Positions 24,216-35,653 of a DNA stretch of 64,000 nucleotides are shown piece after piece (the first letter of the stretch is position 1; each line of letters opens with the position of its first letter). A program made the position numbers and the translations under genes. The notes under the pieces are model-generated. The model made no database searches and was not told the DNA's origin. It saw only the letters and a list, made by a program, of their open reading frames with translations. The stretch is from Octopus bimaculoides (Eukaryota), in NCBI RefSeq assembly GCF_001194135.2, contig NC_068982.1:121809479-121873478 (forward strand). The letters run 5' to 3'.

Positions 24216-25519
24216 ATTTCATCTTTTTTACTAATTTTAGTTTGTTTTTTTTTCACCTACCAACATACTCACTAGTTAACAGCCACTTTACATGTGGTAT
24301 GAACTATCACCCCACTTTGTATTTATTTTTATTAAACTTAGACAATAAATCTCNNNNNNNNNNATTTTTATTAAACTTAGACAATAAATCTCCTCCAGTT
24401 ACCTCCATTTACCCATTTGGTCCATCCCTACAACTTTTCCTTATTGCTTGATGGTTCTCTTAATATTATTCTTATTCTTATCAACTCTCTTTGTAGTTTT
24501 TTTATCCATTGGATTTATAATTACACTTAAATATATTTTAGTTGATTATAACTTTGTAATTTTTGTTTCCCACTTTTGTAACCAGATATGTTAACGCAGC
24601 GTCTCTGCATTGTACACACTGGAACATAACTTTAATATCAATTTTTCATTGACATCAATATCTCTTTTAATTTGTCCATCATACTGCTCCCACTACCTAT
24701 CCACATAGGTTTTTTCTATTATTATATATATTTTGTTTTAATTGTTTATTCATTCATTTATTAATTTACTTATTTCTTAATAGTAATAAATATTTTATTG
24801 TAACATATCCATCTCCTTAATATTAATAATAATAACAATAATAGTAATAATAATAAATTTATTTTTTATATTTATAATAATAATAATAATAACAGTAATA
24901 AGAATAATTACATTATAATATTATCTAAAATAACAATTATATCTAACTCCAGCGCCAGTTGATTACACTCTCTCTCCTTCTCTAGTTAGTACAGCGAGTT
25001 TAACCCTTCAGTGAACTGAAGTATTTGGTAGATAAGATTAAGTTACTTGGGCATGTCTCTGGGCTTCATCAGATAGTTTAGAAAGTTCATAAGCTTAAGT
25101 TATAAATATAAATACATACATATATACACACTTTTACATATACATACATATACATAAATATACATAAACACATATGTATATATTTTTATATGTATATGCA
25201 TACAAAGGAATCAATTATTATTATTATTAGGTGCATTATATTATTCTTATTAGATAAAGTATAAACAGAGGAAGAGAAAATTATCAAAAGAGAAATAATA
25301 GTGGAATTTAAAAAATCAGTATATCTTAAGATTATTGTAGTTACGTAGGAATGTTTATACTTTATCTAATAAGAATAATATAATGCACCTAATAATAATA
25401 ATAATTAATTCTTTGTATGCATATACATATATATATATAAAAATATATACATATGTGTTTATGTATATTTTTATATATGTATGTATGTATTTATATATAT
25501 ATGTATACACACACACATA

Positions 25520-25690
25520 TAACAGGCCTCTTTTTGTTTCTATCGATCAAATCAAATCCACTGATAAGGCTCTGGTTAGCTCAGGGCTGTAGTGGAAGAC
25601 ACTTGCCCAAGGTGTCACGCAGTGGGACTGAACTCCAGACGACATGATTGGGAAGTGAGCTTTTCAGCAACACAGCCATGCTTGCACCTT
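25520..25690 (-). mobile_element. CORE-type SINE 5' part
   Basis: gaagacacttgcccaaggtgtcacgcagtgggactgaac...cacagccatgc, as in 3545-3974. Confidence 0.75.
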
Positions 25691-26408
25691 AAAGTACAAT
25701 GCCTGTTGCACTTTAAGAAAGTTTTCCCGCACTTTCAGTTTCTTTCCTAACACACACACACACACACATATACACACTGACAAAAATATTTACTATAAAC
25801 GTATGGCATTACCCTGTAGCTCATTTTAATTTTTTATTAAACACTAGCTAACTCAAAAGTATATGTGTGCTTGCACATGCATGCATACATACACACATGC
25901 ATGTACACATATACACTCATACTTGGTGACGATGGTATTGATGTCGTAGTTGTTGTTGATGATGACGATGTCAGCAGCAGCATATACACATGAATGCCCA
26001 AATACATTCTTCATCACAGACTGTATCATATTTTAGCTAACCCAGTGTATCAGATTTTAACAAATACACATATTTAAGCACCCTGTCTCTAAATGCAGTC
26101 TTACATATATATATCATATACAGTATCTCCATATACTCTATAGAATAGTATAGCAATGAAATAAAACACTGCTAAGACATCAGTAATGTGTTAATTGAAC
26201 TTAGCTCCCAAAAGTGCTTTTTGTGTTGAAATTGGCTTTTCCAATATACTTAATATAGTTAAGCCCAATGTACTTATGCAAAATACTTTGCATACACACA
26301 TACACAAATACACACATGCACATACACACAGACATGCAAAGCCAGAACTATACAAACACAGTTTCAGAGGTTGTGTGAAGTAGCGAACATGTTACACAAA
26401 CCTTAATA

Positions 26409-28465
26409 CAGTGGTGCCTTGATTTACGAGTCTAATTCCTTCTGTCACAGAGCTCATAACTCAAATTACTCATATGCCAAATCAATTTTCCCCATTGAAA
26501 TGAATTATGCCATTAATCCATTCTGGGCCCCCCACAAACACCCAGTTGCAACCTTCTCTGGGAGTTTCTTTTGAATAAAGTCTGAAAGTTTCTCCCACCT
26601 TCCTAACATTTCCTTTATTGCACTTGTAGAGATAACCTTCTCCACCTCCTGTGCATCACCTATTTCCTGCAAAACCTCTGTGTGCTGCTGTGTCTGTAGC
26701 TGCTTTAGCTCCTTCGTTGTCAGTTCCTCAGAGTGCTCCTCGATAAGCTCATTGATGTCACCTTCATCCATGTCTAGGCCCATGGACTCGCTGAGGGATA
26801 CAATCTCCTCCACCACTGCCACTTCAGGTTCGAGTCTTTCAAAGTCTGTTTCAGACACAACCTCAGGCCACAGCTTCTTCCACGCAGAGGTCAAGGTCCT
26901 CTTTGTACCACCCTGCCAGGCCATATCAATAATTCTGAGGCATATCACGATGTTACAGGCGAGGTTTGTATTTTTTATCACCTCAAAGCAGTGATGGAAC
27001 AGGTGAAGAGCTTCTTGAAATTAGAAATCACCTGCTGGCCCATGGACTGCAGGATAGAGGTGGTGTTGGGTGGAAGGTAGAGAACCTTTACAAACTTGAA
27101 CTTTTTAAGGATGTCATCTTCAAGGTTAGGTGGGTGAGCAGGTGCATTGTCCAGGATGAGAAGGGCTTGCAGGGGTAGGTTATTTTCCTGAAGATATTTC
27201 TTAACGTCAGGACCAATGACCAAATTCACCCACTCCACAAAGAACTGCCTGCTGATCCATGCCCTCAGGTTTGCCCTCCACATCTGCAGTTTTTCTTTCA
27301 GAATCTTATGTGACTCAGAGGCTCTGGGGTTTTCTGAATGATAAACAAGCAGTGGCTTAATCTTGCAGTCGCCACTTGCATTGGCACACAGTGCAAGAGT
27401 TAGCCTGTCTTTCATGGGTTTGTGGCCTGGCATCCTCATCTCCTCTACTGTTATATAAGTCCTCCTTGGCATCTTCTTCCAAAAAAGTCCTGTCTTGTCA
27501 CAGTTGAAGACTTGTTTGGGGATATATCCTTCAGCTGCTATAATTCTGGCAAAAGTTTTGAAGTAATCCTCAACTGACTTCATATCTGCGCTTGCTGCCT
27601 CACCATGCCTGACAAGGGAGTGAATGCCAGTCCTCTTTTTAAAATTCTCGAACCAGCCCCAACTGGCTTTTAACAGCATGCCCAATGCCTCATCCATACA
27701 AGTACCTGGGGTCCGCTGCAGCAAATCAGTGTAAATAGCTTGTGCCTTCTTGCAGATTATAGCCTCCATCATGGTATCTCTTGCGAGTTGATTCTCCATC
27801 AAGCACACCATCAGCAGCTTCTCCATATTTTAATGAACAGATGTCTGCTATTTAGAAATTATTTTAATGCCCTTGGCTGGTGTTATAGCCTTTATTGACT
27901 TCTGCGTCAGTATGTTGCAGATCGTAGAAGTGCTATGCTCGCACTGCTTCACTAAGTAAACTACATGCACACCTTGGTCATGTTTTTTGATAATTTCTTT
28001 CTTTAATTCAATGCACATCATTCGCTTCTCCGCACTGTCCTTTGCACTCTTTCTTCGGACCCATGGTTGAAAAAATGAAGTTTTGCAAAATAACTACTAA
28101 CACAACACTGGTGCTTCTGTAGCCTGCAATGACTAAGTAAACATTTTATCACCCGTCTAGCTAACGAGCCACTAACGATCTTCACACTTGCTAACATGCA
28201 TGTCTGTCTAGTTATCAATCTACTAATGACCTTTGCACTTGCTAACATTGCATGTCTGTCTAGCTGTCGAGGGAGATATGGGAGACTGAACAGATGTTAT
28301 AGCATTCACTGTGGCATTCGCTCTGCCAACTAGCAACGGGGTATCTGAAGCTATCTCGTAACCAGTATTTCAGCTCGCAAATCAAAACAAAAAAAATTGG
28401 CTGAGAGATGACTTGTATCTCAAAAAACTTATTAGTTGGGACATTTGTAAGTCAAGGTACCACTG
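26409..28465 (-). mobile_element. Full-length but inactivated Tigger/pogo DNA transposon (2057 bp)
   Basis: TIRs cagtggtgccttgatttacga (26409) and ttgtaagtcaaggtaccactg (28445-28465), both flanked by TA. ORFs 26978..27826 and 26505..26981 show CENP-B-type HTH (KASWGWFENFKKR) and DDE motifs VFNCDKTGLFWK and LILDNAPAH; QSMGQ replaces QPMDQ. Confidence 0.95.
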
Positions 28466-28677
28466 TATATAAATAGAATTTCTTACAGTGGCACTAGTTA
28501 AGTTTTAAAAATGGAAGTTTGTAAACAGACATATAACTGTATATTTAAAAAAAAAAATTTATCAAACACAAACTCACACACATTTGAGTATAAAATATAA
28601 TGTCGAACTCATTCGAATTTGAACTCAGAAACAACATGCTCTAAGGCGTTTGTCTTTCTAATTCTCAACAATTTCCA

Positions 28678-28870
28678 TTATCATCATCATCATCATCGTT
28701 TATTGTCCATGTTTCATAATAGTGTAGGTTGGATAGTTTGACAAGGACCCAGTGGGTCCAAGGACTGCATCGTGCTCCAGTGTCTGCTTTGGCATGCTTT
28801 CTACAGCCTGATACCCTTCCTAATGCCAACCACTCTACAGTGTATATACTGAGTGCTTTTCTCATGACAC
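28678..28870 (-). mobile_element. RTE-type 3' tail
   Basis: (cat)n-gtttattgtccatg...gatacccttcctaatgccaaccac...gagtgcttttt. Confidence 0.7.
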
Positions 28871-29506
28871 TAGTGAGATCATCATGCAGCTTGCAAACCT
28901 ATGAGACTCAAGGGGAAGGGTTTTATGATAGCAGTTGAGTGTTAAGGTATGAAAGAAATGGGTGAGGCAGAGCAGGTTTTAGTTATAGGAGAGCTACATG
29001 GATACTCACATTTAGGAGAGAGTTAAAAATGAATCAGTAGTATCTTAGTGGTGATGATAGCATCAATTGGTACAAGGTGAATAGAAGTGAATGGGTATAG
29101 AGAAACTACGAGTGAATAGAGGTTTGCAAAAGTGTGGGGGAATGGGGGGTGTAGGAAATGTCTTTAATCGGGTAGGGATATGGGGTGGATGCAGGCTGGG
29201 GATTGCTAATGGTACCTGAATTGGGAATAATAAGTTCTTTCATTGCTCAAGGCAAGAGATATTGGGACAGGTTACAAAGGAATTGTTACATAAAAGTCAG
29301 ATGAATGAAAATAATAGTAAGCAATGTAAACAAAATTATTCACTTGCAACTAAACTCAGAGGAAAACATGCAAATTTCCAACACTCTGTTCTACTCAATT
29401 AAAAAAAATCTGCTATAATTTACCATTAGAACTATAGTTAATTCAGCCCTGATTTCTGTGGAACCCTTTCCCTCAGTACCTTCACTACATGCTTAATATT
29501 GTTTAA

Positions 29507-29790
29507 CCCTTTTCATACCAACCCACCTGAGTATGAATATCATAATTCCATGCCTATACATATCATAAACAATGGTAGTTTTCAGATTATTTTGTCAAAT
29601 GTAATGCTTATTTATTCAGGTTGTTTTGAATTAATCATGCATCATCTCATAATTTCAAGATTTTGATGATGTGATTGCATATTTTTAAAATGACATAGTA
29701 AGATAGTTGTGAAAGGCCAGATATGGCTAGTTTGAACATGAAACAAGTAGAATATTTGGGCTGGATATGGCCAGTTTAAATGCTAAAGGG
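29507..29790. mobile_element. piggyBac-like MITE
   Basis: TTAA|CCCTTT at the left end and AAAGGG|TTTAA at the right end; no ORF. Confidence 0.5.
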
Positions 29791-30380
29791 TTTAAATAAT
29801 TCTGTTCTTGAAGCATCATAATATAATCTGGTCGTAATTTGTTTCCAAATCTAACAAGACACACTCAGAAACAAGCATTAAGTCAGACTGGAGTTGTATT
29901 ATGCTTAGAAACAGCTTAACAATCACCATATGTCACTGTCATATGTAGGTTGTTGTCCCATTTCCCATCTGATGTGAAGACCCACTTTTCATCTGATGTC
30001 AAAACTCACTTATCATCTGATGTCATAAACCCACCTCTTATCAAATGTCAAGGCTTGCACATTGCATTCAGCTATCAACATAAACAAATTTGCTGAAGTT
30101 GCAATCAGAATCACGTCAGCCAAACTAACAAAAGTTGGATACACAAGCACCTCATTTTTCACACTTCATAATTTATAATTCCTTGAACCAGCGATTGATT
30201 CATTAAATCTCTCAATCATGTATAATGTTTGCTGTTCATGAATGCAGGTAATAAATAATAAAAAAAATTGTACAGGTGCATGCATGTGTGTGTGTGTGTG
30301 TGTGTGTGTGTTCATGAAATTATGAGATTGTATTTAAATGTATATCAAGTAATTGCTGATCATCTATTTTCTGTTTGCAG

Positions 30381-30443
30381 TTTACTTCATTTTCTGGTGG
30401 ACAGAACAACCGAAGATATACTAAGAACTCTCACTGTGATTGA
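30381..30443 (+). CDS. RABL3: RABL3 terminal coding exon (FTSFSGGQNNRRYTKNSHCD*)
   Basis: Branch-like ctgat plus catctattttctgtttgcag acceptor; phase 0; ends KNSHCD-TGA, resembling the K..HxD* end of RABL3 (human KSLHYD). Confidence 0.78.
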   Translation, partial: FTSFSGGQNNRRYTKNSHCD

Positions 30444-30619
30444 ACACTTAACAGCAAATATCTCATTGAATACAACACACTAAAACTTCCTAACACAAAA
30501 TACTAAAAACTAAACAGCACATACTAAATAACAAGCACTAAATATAACAGACACTAAACAATATACCCCACACACTAATTTTTCATTATCATCATGTACT
30601 TTTGGTAGGCAAGCTTTTA

Positions 30620-31360
30620 ACATTTCACTCTAGCAATAGGTGTTTCTTACCTGACAGTATATCTGGTAACCTGCTGCCTGTCAAAGCTCTGTATACGAGA
30701 TACATTCTGAAAAATTTGTCCTGGAACACCTAAATTCTACATTCCATATTGGTAGTAAGTGCCCTGCTTTCACACTCACACAGAAATATTTTATGTCGCC
30801 AACGACTTGTACAGTTCAGGTTTTGTTGAAAAACTGATGGAGATCAAACCAAATCTTGCTTTTATCTCCTTTATTAAGTTGTGGTTTGCTCAAAGTGGAT
30901 CCAGGGTATTTAAAATTATCTGCTTTTTCAAGCTGATGTCCTTCAGCATGATATTGGTTTTCCATTCCATATGCACCTGACTGTCTGCCCTGTGTAGTGG
31001 TAAGTTCCTGGATTTCTGCTTAACTGCCTTGCATTAAGCTGATATCATCAGCAAAACATGGGTTGTGAAGGAACCATCCTCCAATGAAAGTGGAGTTGAC
31101 AAAATCATGTGGTGTCTCCTGCATGATGTTTTCCAAGGAAGATGTTGAAAAGCATTAGAAAGAGGAGATAGCATCAATGCACTCCAAGTATTGTCCTGAA
31201 GAAGTTTGTGGTTTTGTCATTCTAGTAAACTGTATGGATTAATTTTCATACAGCGCTTGAATCACTTGACTGAGGTTGATATTGGAGTAGACGTCCCTAA
31301 TCACTTGTCACAAATATGAAGGCCAAACATGATCAAAGATTTTGAGGTTAATGAAATGCC
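30620..31360 (-). mobile_element. Decayed RTE LINE RT fragment downstream of the RABL3 stop codon
   Basis: Minus strand ..NPCFADDISL.. (catalytic ADD motif), with ILECIDAILSPFL..IFL upstream of it. Confidence 0.65.
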
Positions 31361-31720
31361 ATACACTAAACACCAAATATTAAGCACCAAACCCTAAGCA
31401 TATTACCTTAAACACCACACTAAACAATCTTCCCTAAGTACTACATACTAAACATTGAACACTAGATACAACACACTCCGCACCAAAATCCTCACTAAAC
31501 ACCTAGAATAGAATTCAAACACAAACACCAAGCACCACACAATAAACACTACAGAATAAACACCACTCATTAAACATCACATAATACATGCCATACACTA
31601 AATTTGATTTACTACATATGAAACACTGAACACTAAGCATCACACACTAAACACTTCATTGGAAGCAGTAAACTCAAAACATCACAACACTAAACACCTA
31701 AAACCATTCTAAACATTGGG
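31360..31720. repeat. Degenerate (CACTAAA)-type minisatellite, also present at 30450-30580
   Basis: Recurrent cactaaaca/cactaaa units on both sides of the RTE fragment. Confidence 0.6.
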
Positions 31721-32435
31721 CCTACACGAAAATGTTTTCCTTTCAGTACTTTCTATGATGACACTACATTTTGTGTTAAGGCAGTTCTAATGATTGTCTT
31801 CCTTCAGAACTCTGCTGATATTCATAATTTCAGAAATAGAGAGAAACAGGAAGAGGAGGAAACAGAGTTAGAAACAATTCTTTGTAAAATAATTTTCTTT
31901 CACATTTTTAAGTTTGGAAAGAAGAGCTATGCCTATAAATTTTGCAGGCACTTCCAAGCTAGTGACCAATGTGTATATAAATATTGCCATAATAGCATGA
32001 GTGGATGGATGGTTTGTACAGTCATAAAGTGTTTGAATTGAATCTTTTGTCAGCTCAATAAACTAACGAAACAGAGTAATGTAATTTTTTTCAAAGATAC
32101 AATGGGTATACGAAAGTATAATTTTCATTTTGAAATCAGAATGTTAACCTCACTGCCTGTGTGTGATAACTGGCATTACAAACACCATAGAACTGAACTT
32201 TACCCAGGTGAGTGGACCTGTCACTTGGTAAATAATAAATAATATTGCCTAGCAGTTTAACTCAACACACTCAGCATAACACATGCGTTTTGAAATTCTC
32301 TCTCTTTCTCTCTCACACTCACAAAAGTATACATAGCTATATATAATAATAACAATAATCCTTGGATGGAATTGATAAACATTTAATTCATAAATATTTC
32401 CACAAGTCAAATGTTCCTTAAGATCACAGTTCATA

Positions 32436-32842
32436 TTCCTGAGATGATTACAGTGTAGTCCGTAGTATCCGTGGGCATTAGGTTGATCATCTTCATGGTT
32501 TCATTTCTTCAGGCGATATAACATTAATGGATGTACAACAGAGAGATTCTTACCCCTTTTGACCAGTATGAAGGTTGAATGAGTTATGATGTAACATTAA
32601 TAGATGTACAACAGAGAGATTCTTACCCCTTTTGACCAGTATGAAGGTTGAATGAGTTATGATGTAACATTAATGGATGTACAACAGAAGGATGCTTATC
32701 TATCCTTCATACTGGTCAAAAGGGATAAGTATCTCTTTGTTGTACATCCATTAATTTTATATCGCCTAAAGAAATGAATCCATGAAGATGATCAACCTGA
32801 TGCCAACAGATACTACGGACTACACTGTTATCATCCCAGGAA
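32436..32842. mobile_element. Foldback/MITE with ~140-bp terminal inverted repeats, TA flanks and an internal ~75-bp duplication
   Basis: The left arm ttcctgagatgattacagtgtagtccgtagtatcc...ttttgaccagtatgaagg is the near reverse complement of 32704-32842; TA at 32434-35 and 32843-44. Confidence 0.85.
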
Positions 32843-33142
32843 TACAGACTATGATCTGAAGAGACATGTGATTTGTGAAAATGCACATAGCGATGCATTA
32901 AATGTTTATAAACTCCATCCAAGGTTTATTCTCATTATTATTATATTTGTCCTACATTATGTCAGTACAGCTCGAAGCAACCCCCAAATCTGGCTCACCA
33001 GTCAGCGTCATTAGACTGTGGCCAGCATAATGGAATAGGAGCTTTATTTGCATATGCAAAACGTTTCCTGTAAACAAATTTAAAAGATATATGTATATAT
33101 ATATATATATATATATNNNNNNNNNNNNNNNNNNNNNNNNNN

Positions 33143-33374
33143 TATTTGTTTTAGTCATTAGACTGAGGCCATGTTGGGGAACTGCCTTGAAACATTTTTA
33201 GTGAAATGAATTGACCCAAGAGCTTTTTTTTTTTCTTTTTAGCCTGGTACTTATTCTACCAATCTCTTTTGTCAAACTGCTAAGTTATTGGTATGTAAAC
33301 TCACCAACACCAGTTGTTAAGTGGTGGTGGTAGGACAAACACAGACATAAATACACACACACACACACATAAAT

Positions 33375-33414
<40 letters not shown>

Positions 33415-33565
33415 GATGGGCTTATCTCAGTTTCTGTCTACCAAATCCATTCGCAAGGTTTTGGTCAACCCAAGGCTATAGTAAAAGACACTTGCCTAAG
33501 GTGTCACACAATGGGATTGAACCCAGAGCCATGTTGTTGGGAAGCAAGCTTCTTACTACAGCCAA
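33143..33565 (-). mobile_element. CORE-type SINE, diverged full-length copy
   Basis: Same head, core, microsatellite and tail order as 3545-3974. Confidence 0.78.
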
Positions 33566-33854
33566 ACTTTACTTAATATTTTTTGTAGAGTACATATTTA
33601 TTATGCTTTTACAAGAAAAGGAGTGGCTTGAAAATTTTGGTCAGCAAGCCTTTGTCAGACTGTCGTGCATTTGGGTCCCCCTTGGATTTATAGAATTTCT
33701 GGTAAGCTGTTTTTCTGGTGTAGGAAGAGATATGTTGGATGATAAATAGGTTTTGTGTATATACATCTAGAAAGTAGATATATAGAGGAGAGTACAAGGC
33801 AAGTATATTCAGAGGAAAATTTACCACTATGAAAAAGACCAAAAGAATAAACAA

Positions 33855-35300
33855 ACCACCAACTACTTAATCAAATGTCCAACGCCTAATCCATTACCAC
33901 AACCTTTTGAAAATAAAATATTTGCTGCAATCAAGGGAATAAAATTTAACATGCAAACTAACACACTGAACAAAGAACTGAATAAATGTGTTTGTAAAAT
34001 CAGATAAAACAAGCAATCTCCACCAGATAAATCAAACTTCTTACAACTAATTCCTGTCTAACAATTTCCAACATATGTAAAATATATATATATTATATAT
34101 GCATCTTGATATAAACACCACAGTCAAAAAGATAGTCATCAGCCAAAGATAGGGTAGACATGTTAATGCCAAAATGCTTTTATATTACTACAAAGATGGG
34201 CTGAAAGGTTCATAGGCTGATTATGAAGGAATGGTACTAAATCTGTGAAATTTTGCATGCATTAATTTCAACCCTTCTTATTAATAACTGCATTGTTTTT
34301 TTCCAGGTAAACTGACATCTGATTGTTTAAAGCAAACTTCAAAAGTAACTAGTAGTCACTTCTCTTGAAAATGGACAAAATTTGGCACCATGATGTTATA
34401 AAGTATCTACAGAAAAAAGGTCTGTCTCTCAACAATGTTCATGCTGACATGACATTAGGGGATGACACTCCAGCTCTATCAAGAGTGCAAAAGTGAGCAG
34501 CTGAATATAGGGTCTTCAAAAAGGGTCACACCATCAGTGGAGAGCACTGTGCCAACTTGCGGAGGCAGTTATGTCAAGACCAAACAGTCAGGAAACTGAC
34601 AAAAGGGGTCTTGTTTCATCAGGACAGCGCTCCAGTGCACAAGTTCTTGCTTTCAATGACTACTGTGGTTTTGAACTGGTTGATTAGCATCCCTATTCTC
34701 CTGATTTGGCCCCATCTGATTCATCTGTTCCCTAACATGGAAAATCACTTGGCTGGGAACCAATATTGCAGTGATGATGACATCATGTCTGCTGTTGCTA
34801 TCAGTTACTTTTGAAGTTTCCTTTGAACAGTCAGTGTACCTGGAAAGAAACAATGCAGTTATTAATATCTGCATTGTTTCTTTCCAAGTATGCTGAGATA
34901 AGAAGAGTTGAAATTAATGCATGCAAATTTTCACAGCTTTAGCCCCACTCCTTCATAGTCAGTCTATGAACTCGTATAAAGGATCATAAACCCAATTTCA
35001 ATAACAACCTAGCTGCCAAACTAATAAACTCTTCAAATGTGGACTTGAGCATCATCAGTAAAAAAAATATCGAACAAATTCTCATCAAGAATAAAAGCAC
35101 TTGACATTACCTCTCTGGAGTCACATGTATGCTGTGATCGATTGGTCTAAGAAGAACCTGGACAAAAATAAACATCATGTCTTTCAGTTCAACATCAAAG
35201 TCTGTTGTACAACAGTAACAAAACCACTACTTAGGGCTGCTTTGAATTTTGCAAAAAAACAATGACCACTATCGACAACACTGAAATAGAAATGCACATA
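33855..35300 (+). mobile_element. Penelope-like element RT N-terminal fragment interrupted by a mariner
   Basis: Joined across the insertion it reads ..FENKIFAAIKGIKF...AF.ITIKDHKPNFNNN...LINSSNVDLSIISK...VIDW...FQFNIK...LLRAALNFA, the PLE RT signature (TLKDHK.NF...LINP.KS.LG.ISK). Confidence 0.7.
34191..34974 (+). mobile_element. Internally deleted mariner element
   Basis: TA|caaagatgggctgaaaggttcataggctga ... tcagtctatgaactcg|TA; frames read MDKIWHHDVIKYLQKKG, LFHQDSAPVH and YSPDLAPSD.HLFPNM. Confidence 0.85.
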
Positions 35301-35309
35301 AAATACATC

Positions 35310-35625
35310 ATCCGAACATGGTTGATGCCAATGTCTCCTGACTGGCTCCCATACTGGTGGTATGTAAAAAGCACCATCCAAACGTGGTCGATACCAGGTT
35401 TACCTGACTGGCTCCCATGCCAGTGGCACATAAAAAGTGCCATCCAAATGTGGCCGATGCCAGTAACCCCTGACTGGCTCCCGTGCCAGTGGCATGTAAA
35501 AAGCACTATCCAAACGTGATCAATGCCAGGTCCGTCTGACTGGCTTCCATGCCAGTAGCACATAAAAAGCATCCACTACAAACTCGGTATGGTTGGCGTT
35601 AGGAAGGGCATCCAGCTGTAGAAAC
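35310..35625 (+). mobile_element. RTE-type 3' tail with ~4 tandem ~67-bp units
   Basis: Unit cctgactggctcccatgccagtggcacataaaaagcaccatccaaacgtgg repeated, then ttggcgttaggaagggcatccagctgtagaaac. Confidence 0.85.
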
Positions 35626-35653
35626 GTCTTTTTAGATAGTGATGTTCTCAGGT

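Noticed and set aside
24322-24392. Direct repeat tttttattaaacttagacaataaatctc
   Set aside because: The copies sit on either side of a 10-N gap, which is typical of an unmerged contig overlap.
25040-25075. Minus-strand hammerhead (ctgatgaagccc...)
   Set aside because: Stem II partner and GAAA are missing; at most a dead remnant.
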